The notes: generated by a model not told the origin, from the letters alone. A stretch of DNA of 35,929 bases from a virus (IMGVR_UViG_3300011591_000012:1-35929); one strand, 5' to 3'; counted from the stretch's first letter, positions 1 to 9,430 are shown. A program made the numbers and translations.

Positions 1-939
1 ATGCAAAATGTTATTGGTAATTTATTCATTATCATCACCACAGCTATAAGCGTTGCCAGCCTTTTCTTGGGGTTATTTGCTTATAATAAAAAAATGAAAA
101 CAAAAGCAATACAAAAAATAGAACTCCTCATACCTAAAAAAAACAGAATAACCAAGTTTTCCGAGCAATGGGTAAGCGCTTTTTTCCTGGCATTCGGTAA
201 TCATGCATTCTCAAAAAGGCAATTAATTACCATACCGTTTTTATTGATTTTATATTCCAGTATCTTATTTGTAGTTTGGTATCTCTGGGTGCTGACTTTT
301 AGAAATCCTGAGCACATCATTCCTCAACATCTGCCATTGACCATTAAAGTTGCATTACATGACTTTATTCATTTTGGCTTTTGGTACTCTTTACTGCTTG
401 ATGTGATGTCAATTTATCTTATCAGAGCTTACATTAACGCAGGTCTATCGAAAGGGTTTTCGTCTGTAAAATCGATCGTTTATTTTTCTTCAATTGTTCT
501 GGGCGTTATGCTCTCATTTACACTTATCGTCACCCATCTTAAAAATGCTTCGATTGAGGACCTCTATATCCAGCAAGGCCTGTATTTTGAAGACAGACCT
601 GTAATGACATGGAACCCGCTGGAAGTGATACGGTCTTCACTGGATTTCATCGATAACGAAACCATGATTATCTTTACCTCAAAAGGGGCAATATCTAACT
701 ACTTCATTCCGCAGGCTATCATGTTTTACCTTTCCATGTTTACGCAATTGACGCTGCTTATTGTTTTCATCAGCTATATGATCACAAAAATACTGCATAA
801 CATTCGAACAGTTGCCATCTGGACAGTCAAGTATTCTGGAACGGCTACGATGAATGCCATTGGTTTCATTCTTATCGCCGGTATTATTCTACTTGCTTTA
901 ATATATTTGTGTTTGTATGTCATATCGCTAATGGTTTAA
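1..939 (+). CDS. Hypothetical multi-pass membrane protein, low-GC accessory gene upstream of yegQ
   Basis: 312-aa ORF starting at the window edge; strongly hydrophobic segments throughout (e.g. LFIIITTAISVASLFLGLF, LILYSSILFVVWYLWVL); AT-rich unlike neighbouring yegQ. No family recognised. Confidence 0.4.
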   Translation: MQNVIGNLFIIITTAISVASLFLGLFAYNKKMKTKAIQKIELLIPKKNRITKFSEQWVSAFFLAFGNHAFSKRQLITIPFLLILYSSILFVVWYLWVLTFRNPEHIIPQHLPLTIKVALHDFIHFGFWYSLLLDVMSIYLIRAYINAGLSKGFSSVKSIVYFSSIVLGVMLSFTLIVTHLKNASIEDLYIQQGLYFEDRPVMTWNPLEVIRSSLDFIDNETMIIFTSKGAISNYFIPQAIMFYLSMFTQLTLLIVFISYMITKILHNIRTVAIWTVKYSGTATMNAIGFILIAGIILLALIYLCLYVISLMV

Positions 940-1090
940 AGATACGAAGTATTATGTCATCTGAAAGGGGTGAGGCGCTTTACCTCCCCGCCCCGCAGCG
1001 CTACAATGCCCGCCCTTAAAGTGGGGGATCTCCCCTTACCGCTGCACCAGGTGCACGCGGATCTGACCTGTCATCAGAACGAGAACAAAC

Positions 1091-2452
1091 ATGTTTAAAC
1101 CGGAACTCCTTTCCCCGGCGGGAACGCTGCAAAATATGCGTTACGCTTTCGCCTATGGTGCCGACGCCGTTTACGCGGGCCAGCCGCGCTACTCGCTGCG
1201 CGTGCGTAACAACGAATTCAACCACGAGAATCTTCAGCTCGGCATCAATGAAGCGCATGCCCTGGGCAAAAAATTCTACGTGGTGGTGAACATCGCGCCG
1301 CACAACGCCAAGCTGAAAACGTTCATTCGCGACCTGAAGCCGGTCGTGGAGATGGGGCCGGACGCGCTGATCATGTCGGACCCGGGTTTAATCATGCTGG
1401 TTCGGGAGAACTTCCCGGAGATGGACATTCACCTCTCGGTGCAGGCTAACGCCGTCAACTGGGCAACGGTGAAATTCTGGAAACAGATGGGGCTGACCCG
1501 CGTCATTCTGTCCCGCGAGCTGTCCCTCGAAGAGATCGAAGAGATCCGCACCCAGGTGCCGGATATGGAGATCGAAATCTTCGTTCACGGCGCGCTGTGC
1601 ATGGCCTACTCCGGCCGCTGCCTGCTCTCTGGCTACATCAACAAGCGTGACCCGAACCAGGGCACCTGCACCAACGCCTGCCGCTGGGAATATAACGTTC
1701 AGGAAGGCAAAGAAGATGACATCGGCAATATCGTGCACAAACACGAGCCGATCCCGGTCACCAACGTTGAGCCAACGCTGGGTATCGGCGCGCCTACCGA
1801 CAGCGTGTTTATGATCGAAGAAGCCAAACGTCCGGGCGAATACATGACCGCCTTCGAAGACGAGCATGGCACCTACATCATGAACTCCAAAGATCTGCGC
1901 GCCATCGCACACGTCGAGCGTTTAACCCAGATGGGCGTACACTCCCTGAAAATCGAAGGCCGCACCAAGTCTTACTACTACTGCGCCCGTACCGCACAGG
2001 TGTATCGCAAAGCCATCGACGATGCCGCCGCCGGTAAACCGTTCGACACTAGCCTGCTGGAAACGCTGGAAGGTCTGGCGCATCGCGGCTATACCGAAGG
2101 TTTCCTGCGTCGTCACACCCACGACGACTACCAGAACTACGAGCATGGCTACTCGATTTCCGAACGCCAGCAGTTTGTAGGCGACTTCACCGGCGAACGT
2201 AAAGGTCCGCTGGCCGCCGTCGCCGTAAAAAACAAATTCACTAAAGGCGACAGCCTGGAGCTGATGACGCCTCAGGGCAACATGAACTTCCGCCTGGAGC
2301 ACCTGGAAAACAAAAAAGGTGAGGCGATAGAGGTCGCTCCTGGCGACGGCCATGTGGTCTGGCTGCCGGTTCCTGAAGAGGTAGAGCTGGAGTTTGCACT
2401 GCTGATGCGTAATTTTGAAGGTGAAAATACCCGAAATCCACACGGCAAATAG
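1091..2452 (+). CDS. yegQ: Peptidase U32 family protein YegQ (TrhP, tRNA hydroxylation)
   Basis: 453-aa ORF; translation (MFKPELLSPAGTLQNMRYAFAYGADAVYAGQPRYSLR...) is recognised as E. coli YegQ; high-GC core-genome codon usage. Confidence 0.9.
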   Translation: MFKPELLSPAGTLQNMRYAFAYGADAVYAGQPRYSLRVRNNEFNHENLQLGINEAHALGKKFYVVVNIAPHNAKLKTFIRDLKPVVEMGPDALIMSDPGLIMLVRENFPEMDIHLSVQANAVNWATVKFWKQMGLTRVILSRELSLEEIEEIRTQVPDMEIEIFVHGALCMAYSGRCLLSGYINKRDPNQGTCTNACRWEYNVQEGKEDDIGNIVHKHEPIPVTNVEPTLGIGAPTDSVFMIEEAKRPGEYMTAFEDEHGTYIMNSKDLRAIAHVERLTQMGVHSLKIEGRTKSYYYCARTAQVYRKAIDDAAAGKPFDTSLLETLEGLAHRGYTEGFLRRHTHDDYQNYEHGYSISERQQFVGDFTGERKGPLAAVAVKNKFTKGDSLELMTPQGNMNFRLEHLENKKGEAIEVAPGDGHVVWLPVPEEVELEFALLMRNFEGENTRNPHGK

Positions 2453-2487
2453 TCAATCAACGGGATTTTTTCACGCTGGGATAATTC

Positions 2488-2530
2488 TTAGAATCGGATC
2501 ACATACCGCTTCGTTCAATACGGGTATTAT
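2488..2530 (+). promoter_or_regulatory. Putative cyaR promoter: CRP-like half-site TCACA (2499-2503) centred about -41 and -10 hexamer TATTAT (2525-2530)
   Basis: TATTAT lies 7 nt upstream of the inferred CyaR 5' end; TCACA half-site position fits a class II CRP promoter. CRP dependence of CyaR is established knowledge; the site itself is only a partial match. Confidence 0.4.
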
Positions 2531-2536
2531 CCCCCC

Positions 2537-2622
2537 GCTGAAAAACATAACCCATAAATGCTAGCTGTACCAGGAACCACCTCCTTAGCCTGCGTAATCT
2601 CCCTTACACGGGCTTATTTTTT
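2537..2622 (+). ncRNA. cyaR: CyaR (RyeE) small regulatory RNA
   Basis: Sequence GCTGAAAAACATAACCCATAAATGCTAGCTGTACCAGGAACCACCTCCTTAGCC...CCCTTACACGGGCTTATTTTTT recognised as CyaR, including the anti-SD-like CCTCCTTA segment and the terminator hairpin with U-tail. Confidence 0.8.
2596..2622. other. P2-type attachment core (attR junction), overlapping the 3' end of cyaR
   Basis: Plus strand reads AATCTCCCTTACACGGGCTTATTTTTT, the reverse complement of the 27-bp P2 att core as I recall it (AAAAAATAAGCCCGTGTAAGGGAGATT); it is immediately followed by ogr and the rest of the prophage. Confidence 0.6.
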
Positions 2623-2692
2623 ACGTACAACAAATTGAAATAAAAGGATTTATTTCTGGTCACGTCCACACATTGACCACATCGACAAAAAA

Positions 2693-2710
2693 GCCCCTCG
2701 ACTGAGGGGC
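2693..2710. terminator. Bidirectional rho-independent terminator hairpin between the att core and ogr
   Basis: Perfect 7-bp stem GCCCCTC/GAGGGGC with 4-nt loop, flanked by A6 upstream and TTTCTGTTTG downstream; on the minus strand it follows the ogr stop (2724) with a T-run. Confidence 0.6.
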
Positions 2711-2723
2711 TTTCTGTTTGTAA

Positions 2724-2942
2724 TTACATCCACATAATTTGCTGCCCTGACGGCAACGGGTGTGGCCTTACGGCGTGGACTTCTCCCGGCTTCACGATGT
2801 ATCGCTGTACCGACTCATAAGTGATGAACGTGGCGCTGCAATTCACGTTCTGACACTGGTGATAACGCTCTTTTGTCGTGTCAGTGATATAGCGGCTTGT
2901 ACGCGCATGTGCGGCATGCTGGCATAAAGGACAATGAAACAT
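2724..2942 (-). CDS. ogr: Late transcription activator Ogr (C4 zinc-finger)
   Basis: 72-aa product MFHCPLCQHAAHARTSRYITDTTKERYHQCQNVNCSATF... taken from the internal Met of the 93-aa ORF 2724..3005; CxxC...CxxxxC zinc-finger pattern. Confidence 0.9.
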   Translation of the reverse strand: MFHCPLCQHAAHARTSRYITDTTKERYHQCQNVNCSATFITYESVQRYIVKPGEVHAVRPHPLPSGQQIMWM

Positions 2943-3023
2943 CGCGAGCACCTCTTCCGGTTTTATTGATGGTGCCATTTTAGTTAATTTATCCTTATAA
3001 AACAAACAGATAAAATAAAAACA

Positions 3024-4187
3024 TCACTCATCATCTTCTGTTTCGTACTCCACATCAGAAAGCCTGACCTCAAGCTCTAAGGACGTCGTGAAGCCGCTAT
3101 TATTCAGAAAATGTGTCACCTTAGTGATTGTCCAGTCCTGCTCGTCTATGACGCGCTTAAAGCCTGACACTTTAACCGGTGTTTCCGTGTAAATATCTGC
3201 CCGACCGGTAGCCAGGCTGATGGAGAACTCCGCCACACCCCGTTGCAGTTTATCCCACTTCGCCTGAGCGGCGCGCATGGCCTGCGCTTTCGTGGCATAT
3301 ACCGTAGTCAGGGCAAAAACGTTGTCAGCCTCACCGGCCATGTATTCACCTTCGCGCGCTTCCGGTACTTTTGGCGCTTTCTTCTGCGTGACCGGTTTCG
3401 CTTTCGGGTGCTCCAGTGCGCGCAGGTGTTTTTCTTTCTTTTTGCGTTTCAGTTTTACCTTCTGCTTTTGCGGCTTCGGGTCTTTGGTGTGTAACCACTT
3501 TGCCGTTACGCCGGTGTAAGCTCCACGGTCAGCAATCGCAAAATGATGACGGTCGCCGTCGCTGCGGGTGATGGTAATCTGCGGGATTTTTTTACCGCTG
3601 GCCGTCACCCCCTGCCCCGCTTTGAGAAACAACAGTTTTCCCATTTTTACCGACACCTCACCGCCGTTGCGTTCTGCAAGACGGGTCAGGAATTTCGCAT
3701 CAGACTCCTGCGACTGGTCGATGTGCGGGATTTTAATTCCGGCCAGTGACGGAGCGACACTGGCTTCCAGCCTGTTACGGGAGGCTATCGCTTCAACAAT
3801 CGCACCGAGTGTGGTGTCATGCCAGGAGCCTTCCCGGCGGGAATTGAGCGTCCCGCGAAAATCTGCACTCCGGGCGCGGATGGTGACCACATCCGGCGCG
3901 CCCCGGTGTTCAACCTCATCAACGGTGAATTTCCCTTTGCATACCAGGGCAAAACCTTTCCAGCCGATATACACCGTCAGGACAGCGCCACGAACCGGTA
4001 GCCCGACCTGCCCGTCGGCATCGTTCAGTTCAATATCAAGCTGGTCAGCCTCAAAGCCCCGGTTATCCGTCAGGGTCATGCTCATCAGACGGTCGCTGAT
4101 ATTGCCGGTAATATCCCTGCTGTCGAGCATCAGCATGTAATCCGGCGTCAGCGTACTGCCTGCATCAAATGTCAGTGCATCCAGCAT
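3024..4187 (-). CDS. D: Tail protein D (late control gene D)
   Basis: 387-aa ORF, position and sequence consistent with P2 gpD; follows U and precedes ogr as in P2. Confidence 0.9.
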   Translation of the reverse strand: MLDALTFDAGSTLTPDYMLMLDSRDITGNISDRLMSMTLTDNRGFEADQLDIELNDADGQVGLPVRGAVLTVYIGWKGFALVCKGKFTVDEVEHRGAPDVVTIRARSADFRGTLNSRREGSWHDTTLGAIVEAIASRNRLEASVAPSLAGIKIPHIDQSQESDAKFLTRLAERNGGEVSVKMGKLLFLKAGQGVTASGKKIPQITITRSDGDRHHFAIADRGAYTGVTAKWLHTKDPKPQKQKVKLKRKKKEKHLRALEHPKAKPVTQKKAPKVPEAREGEYMAGEADNVFALTTVYATKAQAMRAAQAKWDKLQRGVAEFSISLATGRADIYTETPVKVSGFKRVIDEQDWTITKVTHFLNNSGFTTSLELEVRLSDVEYETEDDE

Positions 4188-4666
4188 TATCCCGCCCCCG
4201 TCATCCCCGTGAATCTGGTCGCCATACTGCCAGCTTTACCGATGAGCGATTCCGCCTGTTTACCGATATCGCCATAAAGCGCGGCCAGTGATTCATCAAC
4301 GCGGGTGAGCGACAGCGTAAAATCAATTTTCCGGGGTGTGCCGTCTGCAAAGAAAATACTCCCTGTTTCACTTACCCTGCTGATGACATACATGCCGTAA
4401 ATCATGCCGGTGCCATCCAGCAACGGCCACGCCCGGCCTTCCTCTGCCATCATCCTGAGCGTGGTCATCGTCAGCTTTCCGCCGGTCAGTTCGGGATAAA
4501 GCACACCGGCCAGCGTGATGTTTTCCTCACCCACACCGAGAAACTGAAAAGCGTCCCGTTTACCGATACGGGAATTTGACGGCCAGCGATAATCTGATTC
4601 ACGCTGCATGGTCTGGTGTGGCAGCGTCTGGCGCATAAAAACAAACATACCTAACGCGAGCATCAT
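4187..4666 (-). CDS. U: Tail protein U
   Basis: 159-aa ORF in the gpU position; stop/start overlap with D. Confidence 0.85.
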   Translation of the reverse strand: MMLALGMFVFMRQTLPHQTMQRESDYRWPSNSRIGKRDAFQFLGVGEENITLAGVLYPELTGGKLTMTTLRMMAEEGRAWPLLDGTGMIYGMYVISRVSETGSIFFADGTPRKIDFTLSLTRVDESLAALYGDIGKQAESLIGKAGSMATRFTGMTGAG

Positions 4667-4680
4667 TTTTCGTCACCTCC

Positions 4681-7140
4681 TTAACCGTCATGCATCATGC
4701 TGGCACGGGCGCGCGCACGTTTATCCCGCTCGTATTTTTCGAGCGCATCCTGTAACTGGCGGTCAAGCTGTGTCCCCGGCGCAGTACCACCCGTCAGGCT
4801 GATGTGATATTCGTTTTTACTCTGGTCCACATAAGAGCGGCCAGCCGGTGCCGTAACCGGCTGATAAGCCTGATAACCTGCATAAGAGCTGGTCGCCGGA
4901 ATATAACCACCGGTGCCATACGTGGCGGCATGAGTCCTTGCGGCGGTCTGGTCAAGTGTGTCTGACTCTTTGTTGATAACCCCGAGTTTTTCCAGTACCC
5001 AGTCAATACCGCTGCGCAGTTTGTTGAACGCATTAAGCGGCAGCATCAGCGCGTCAGCCAGTGCCTGCCCGAACATGACACCCGTGTCACGGCAACTGTT
5101 CAGGGTGTCCTGAGTGGCTTTGACCGGGGCAATCAGGTTTTTAAACCACTGCCACGCAGCCTGTAACTTTTCGCCCAGCCAGTCAAACACCGGTTTCAGT
5201 GGCGTGAACAGCTCCCCCACCGGCGCAAATGCCGCTTTCAGCCCTTCCACCACACCGCCAAAGAATGCGCTGACAGGCTCCCAGTATTTACGGATAAGTA
5301 ACGCCCCGGCGACAATGGCGGCCACCACGGCCACAACCGGCCAGCTAATCGCCCCGATGGCGGTCATAACAGCACTGCCAACCGTCGTGAAAATTGCCCC
5401 CATTGCGCCTGCTGCCGCGATGATGGCATTAATGCCGGTGATAACCGGCCAGGCTACAAGACCAATGGCACCGATGATGCCAGTCAGCGCCAGTGCGCCA
5501 CCGACAATGAGGCCGATGGTTGACGCCAGTGATTTGTTTTTCTGTATCCAGCCGTCGAGTTTTAACACATACTTTGTGGCCGTCTGCGTAAGCTTACGCA
5601 GTGCGCCTTCCTGCTGGTCAAACAGGTCTGTCCCCACCGCCTCATAAGCGGACTGAAACTCCTTAAAGTCACCGCCGAGGTTGTCCTGCATGATATTTAC
5701 CAGCTCGGCGGTCTTCCCGTCTGAGGCTTTAAACGCAGCGGTCAGTTTGTCCAGCTTTCCGGTTGAGGCGGCAGTCATCAGCACGGCGGCGGCTGAGCTG
5801 GCCTCCTCCCCGAAAATGGTTTTCATGTATTCAGCCTGCTGGGCAGTACCGAGCCGGTTTTTCTCAAAACTGGCCTGCATTTCTTTCAGAATGGTAAATA
5901 CTGGCCGGGTGTTTCCCTTGCTGTCTGAGGTTTTCACACCAAGCTCTTTCAGTGCATCCCATGCTTTTCCCGTCGGTGCCTGCAGGCGGCTTAACACGGC
6001 ACGGCTTCCCGTCCCCGCCATTGAACCGGTAATTTTTGCATCATGCAGCGCCCCGACCATTGCGGCGGTTTCTTCAATGCTGACACCGGCATTTTTTGCC
6101 ACAGGTGCGGCATAGGTCAGCGCATCGCTCATGCCGTCAAAATCGGCGGCGGTTTTGTTCATCGTCATGGAGAGAACATCCCCGATATGAGCGACCTTAT
6201 CGTTTGAAAGCTGAAAGGCGGATTTCATCCCCATCAACAGGGCGGCGTTTTCTTCCATCGTGCGGCGGTTCGCCAGCGCCATGTTCAGCGTGACCGGCGT
6301 TGCCGCCTGAATGGCATCAACATCCCCACCGGCTTTCGCAATAATAATCTGCGCACCGGCTGCATCATCTGCCGAGGCGGCGGTATTGTCGCCGAGCTGG
6401 CGCGCCTGCTTGCGGAGTGCGGCCATTTCGGCGGAGTCTTTTGCCACACCTAGCACGGCCTGCAATTCTGAGTTTTTCTGCGCAAACTCATAACCGGGCA
6501 TCAGTAGCTTAACACCGGCCATCGTTCCCGCCGCCGCAATCCCCACACCGGCAGCGCCCACTGAGGCCATATTTCCGGCCAGTTCCTTTCCGGCCTGATA
6601 ACGCTGTTTTACTGCGTTAAGTTTTGCCTGTTGCGCACTGACACGCGCCAGCGCATCACGCTGACGGTTAAGCTGTGCGGTGGTTTCACTGATACGGTTT
6701 TTCAGTCCCTGCTCATCATGTGCAAGATTGCGGGTATTAATTCCCACAGCGGCCAGTTCCCGCTGCTGGCGTTTAACGGAATCTGTCAGGCGGTTATATT
6801 TCGCCTGTAAGTCCTCCGCCGCACGCTTTGCGGATTCCAGCACTTTCGCCTGAGCACGGGTCGGACGTTCGGTGTTTTTAAACTGTGTGGCAAGGGCTTC
6901 GGCTTCCTGCCGTGCCTTTTCAAGTGCATGACCAGTCACGGCGAGCTGTGCACTGGTCTTGCGGAATCCCTCAATACGGGATGCGTGACCGTTCAGCTCG
7001 CGCAGTGATTTTTGTGTTTCCCGGATATCCCCCGACAGCGACCTGCTCGCTGTACGGATGGATTTAAACGGGCGGGATGCCTGGTCAACAGCCCTGAGCA
7101 ATACCTGTAATTTTACATTGTTACTCATTCGTGCTTCCAC
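4681..7140 (-). CDS. T: Tail tape measure protein T
   Basis: 819-aa ORF with long Ala/Gln-rich coiled-coil N-terminal half and Gly/Ala-rich hydrophobic central segments typical of tape measure proteins; synteny. Confidence 0.9.
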   Translation of the reverse strand: MEARMSNNVKLQVLLRAVDQASRPFKSIRTASRSLSGDIRETQKSLRELNGHASRIEGFRKTSAQLAVTGHALEKARQEAEALATQFKNTERPTRAQAKVLESAKRAAEDLQAKYNRLTDSVKRQQRELAAVGINTRNLAHDEQGLKNRISETTAQLNRQRDALARVSAQQAKLNAVKQRYQAGKELAGNMASVGAAGVGIAAAGTMAGVKLLMPGYEFAQKNSELQAVLGVAKDSAEMAALRKQARQLGDNTAASADDAAGAQIIIAKAGGDVDAIQAATPVTLNMALANRRTMEENAALLMGMKSAFQLSNDKVAHIGDVLSMTMNKTAADFDGMSDALTYAAPVAKNAGVSIEETAAMVGALHDAKITGSMAGTGSRAVLSRLQAPTGKAWDALKELGVKTSDSKGNTRPVFTILKEMQASFEKNRLGTAQQAEYMKTIFGEEASSAAAVLMTAASTGKLDKLTAAFKASDGKTAELVNIMQDNLGGDFKEFQSAYEAVGTDLFDQQEGALRKLTQTATKYVLKLDGWIQKNKSLASTIGLIVGGALALTGIIGAIGLVAWPVITGINAIIAAAGAMGAIFTTVGSAVMTAIGAISWPVVAVVAAIVAGALLIRKYWEPVSAFFGGVVEGLKAAFAPVGELFTPLKPVFDWLGEKLQAAWQWFKNLIAPVKATQDTLNSCRDTGVMFGQALADALMLPLNAFNKLRSGIDWVLEKLGVINKESDTLDQTAARTHAATYGTGGYIPATSSYAGYQAYQPVTAPAGRSYVDQSKNEYHISLTGGTAPGTQLDRQLQDALEKYERDKRARARASMMHDG

Positions 7141-7548
7141 TTCGCCGGAGCGCCTTTTCGCGCCATGTGATGAGTTCGGTCAGGCTCATGGGATACAGTT
7201 CTGATGGCGGCCAGTGAAATATCACTGCCACATCCGCCATCAGGTCATCGACCGACAGATTTTTCGGGAACGTCACTGCACCGAGTTCGGCGACAAAAAA
7301 CCGACCACCTTACCGGCCAGCGCCACAAGGTCAGGCAGTTCCAGTGCGGCGACTTCCTGCTCGGTCAGCATCGGTGCAGTCATGCGCGGCAGCACCTTAA
7401 TCAGTGCATCGACTTCGGAGTTCGCGACCGCAGCCAGACTGACACCGCGCAGCGTCCCGGCACTGGGTTTCATCAGCGTGACCTGTTCGATAACCTGCTC
7501 ACCACGTTTGACCGGATTGTCCAGGGTAATCACATTTTCTTTGTTCAT
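7121..7548 (-). CDS. Tail assembly chaperone E+E' (programmed -1 frameshift product)
   Basis: Slippery heptamer on the minus strand (GGT TTT TTG, plus coordinates about 7294-7302) lies just before the E stop; hand translation of the -1 frame continues open (VAELGAVTFPKNLSVDDLMADVAVIFHWPPSELYPMSLTELITWREKALRRSGSTNE) to a TAA at 7121-7123, overlapping the T start. Confidence 0.6.
7273..7548 (-). CDS. E: Tail assembly chaperone E
   Basis: 91-aa ORF immediately upstream of T; ends ...VVGFLSPNSVQ-stop. Confidence 0.85.
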   Translation of the reverse strand: MNKENVITLDNPVKRGEQVIEQVTLMKPSAGTLRGVSLAAVANSEVDALIKVLPRMTAPMLTEQEVAALELPDLVALAGKVVGFLSPNSVQ

Positions 7549-7604
7549 GGTTTTCTCACTTCTGAATCAGGGTTAACCGGTCAGCCAGGCTGACCGGATG
7601 AAAA

Positions 7605-8123
7605 TCACAGGCCGATATTGCGGCGGTGTTGCTCCAGCCGGTCGACGCCGTTCACCTTCTCAATCATGTTGATGGTGTCGATTTCGACCAGCTCCTTACC
7701 GTCCATCGTCAGCCGGAAATAGGTACAGACCACGGAGATTTTCGACTCGGTGTCTTCTCCCTGTTTACCCTCGCCGGTATCGATTTCTTTCTGACGTCCA
7801 CGCATGACCACTTCGACGGCAACCGTTTCGCCGGTATCGTCGCGCTGGTAAGAGCCAGCAAAACGAATCGGCACGGCATCCACGCCGGTTGCTGCGTAAA
7901 GCTCCCAGATAACCGAATCCGGGAAGCCACCGAGCGACCACTCCATTGACAGCGCATCGTCATCAAGGCCGAGGTCTACCGGTGCGCTGCCGTTCATCCC
8001 CGCACCGCGATAGTTTTCGAGCTTACGGGTCAGTTTTGGTAGCGTGACGGACTTCGCAACGCCCTGATAGCTGTAGCCGTTCAGAAAGACGTTCATTAAC
8101 TTGAGTTTGCGCGGCATTGCCAT
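7605..8123 (-). CDS. FII: Tail tube protein FII
   Basis: 172-aa ORF in the FII position, downstream of FI on the minus strand. Confidence 0.9.
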   Translation of the reverse strand: MAMPRKLKLMNVFLNGYSYQGVAKSVTLPKLTRKLENYRGAGMNGSAPVDLGLDDDALSMEWSLGGFPDSVIWELYAATGVDAVPIRFAGSYQRDDTGETVAVEVVMRGRQKEIDTGEGKQGEDTESKISVVCTYFRLTMDGKELVEIDTINMIEKVNGVDRLEQHRRNIGL

Positions 8124-8135
8124 CGGTCAGGCTCC

Positions 8136-9326
8136 TTAATTGCTGTTAACCGAGGTGACCAGATTTGCCAGGTATTTATCGGTAATACGCTGGCGCAGGG
8201 TCAGGTTTTCGAGAGGAGGCACCGGGGTATAGTCGTAGTCGATATACAGTTTTCCGGCCTTGAGGGTTTCCGCATCGTTGGATTCTTCGCTGAACCAGCA
8301 GGTCGCATCCACGATATAGCCGTTTGTTTTCAGCTCACGGAATTTGGCATTGATGCCGTCAACGATGTCGCGAATCAGCGTTGCGGTGATGGGCTTGTCC
8401 ACCGCCCACATGTGCGCCTCAGCCATCGTGTCGGCCAGCACCTGCGCGGTGCGGGTGTAGTTTTCAAAGAGGAACAGCGGGTCATCAGAGCAGGTACGGT
8501 TACCCCAGAAGCGGAAACCGTCGCGGCGAATCAGCGTTGTGACGCCAGACTCGTTCAACAGGTCAGCATCGGTGCCGGACTCCTGCAAATCCCAGAATAC
8601 AGATGCGCTGATGCCGGTAACACCGTTTACCCCGACGTTGGACAGCGTTTTATGCCAGCCCTGCTCCTGGTCGATTTTAGCGCGCAGACCCAGCGCACGG
8701 GCGGTGGCATACGCGGTGGCGGTGGTACTGGTGACCGTATCCCATGCGAGGAAATCCGGCCAGATGACCATCAGCTCACGCTGGCTGAAATTCTGGCGGT
8801 AGGCTTTCACCTCGGAAATGGTCTTACAGCCCCATGCGCTGATATATCCGAAAGCGCGCAGCTTCTGACAGACGGATGCTAGTGCAACAGCCACCTCTTT
8901 GGTATCCAGTCCCGGCACACCGAGAATACGCGGTTTAACACCGGTTACCGACTCCGCCGCCAGCAGGGCTTTCAGTCCGGTGTACTGACCGTTTTCGTCG
9001 GTGGTGCCGATGATATTGGAAACGGTCTGCGCAAGTTTCGTTTCCTCGTCGTCGCCGGTGCCGTCTTCCACACGCACGACAACGGTGACCGGTTTTGACT
9101 GGTCGGCGATGGCCTGCAACGATGCCGCCAGCGTGCCTTTTTTACCGGCCTTTGCAATTGCGCTCTGCACATTGGTAATCAACACCGGTTTATTGAGGGG
9201 GAAGGTTTCCGCATCCGCATCGCTGGCCGTGCAGACCATGCCGACAATGGCAGTGGATACGGTGGAAATGACGCGGGTGCCGTCGTTAATCTCCAGCACC
9301 TGCACGCCATGATGATAGTCACTCAT
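8136..9326 (-). CDS. FI: Contractile tail sheath protein FI
   Basis: Product MSDYHHGVQVLEINDGTRVISTV... from the internal ATG at 9324-9326 with GGAG RBS; the 447-aa ORF upstream extension is non-coding leader. Confidence 0.9.
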   Translation of the reverse strand: MSDYHHGVQVLEINDGTRVISTVSTAIVGMVCTASDADAETFPLNKPVLITNVQSAIAKAGKKGTLAASLQAIADQSKPVTVVVRVEDGTGDDEETKLAQTVSNIIGTTDENGQYTGLKALLAAESVTGVKPRILGVPGLDTKEVAVALASVCQKLRAFGYISAWGCKTISEVKAYRQNFSQRELMVIWPDFLAWDTVTSTTATAYATARALGLRAKIDQEQGWHKTLSNVGVNGVTGISASVFWDLQESGTDADLLNESGVTTLIRRDGFRFWGNRTCSDDPLFLFENYTRTAQVLADTMAEAHMWAVDKPITATLIRDIVDGINAKFRELKTNGYIVDATCWFSEESNDAETLKAGKLYIDYDYTPVPPLENLTLRQRITDKYLANLVTSVNSN

Positions 9327-9430
9327 CCGTTTAACTCCGTGGTTAATGGGTGCAACTATTTTCTGTTGTGCAGAGCATGAGACGCTATTTGACCTGGCTG
9401 GCCAGTGGATGAAACAACAGATAAAGAAAA
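9327..9430 (-). promoter_or_regulatory. Putative late (Ogr-dependent) promoter region for the FI-FII-E-T-U-D operon
   Basis: Non-coding leader between an upstream terminator and the FI start; I could not locate a clean TGT-N12-ACA activator site, so this is positional inference only. Confidence 0.3.

Noticed and set aside
940-1090. REP-like or terminator element between the membrane protein gene and yegQ
   Set aside because: Only short imperfect GC stems (GGGGTGAGG/CCTCCCC, GGGGA/TCCCC); not convincing enough to call a defined element.
1388-2443. Minus-strand ORFs (174 aa at 1388..1912, 173 aa at 1922..2443) inside yegQ
   Set aside because: Antisense to a well-supported conserved gene; high-GC coding regions routinely produce long spurious antisense ORFs.
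2537-2622. tRNA gene as the integration target
   Set aside because: The sequence at the junction matches the sRNA CyaR, not a tRNA cloverleaf; no tRNA-like structure seen near the att core.
3243-6493. Plus-strand ORFs (up to 190 aa) overlapping gpD and gpT
   Set aside because: Antisense to syntenic tail genes; low-complexity Ala/Ser/Pro-rich translations typical of GC-rich antisense frames.
9327-9420. Canonical Ogr-binding TGT-N12-ACA site upstream of FI
   Set aside because: I could not find a clean match by eye (only a CTGTTGT...ACAACAG inverted pair with about 44-bp spacing), so I report the promoter by position only.
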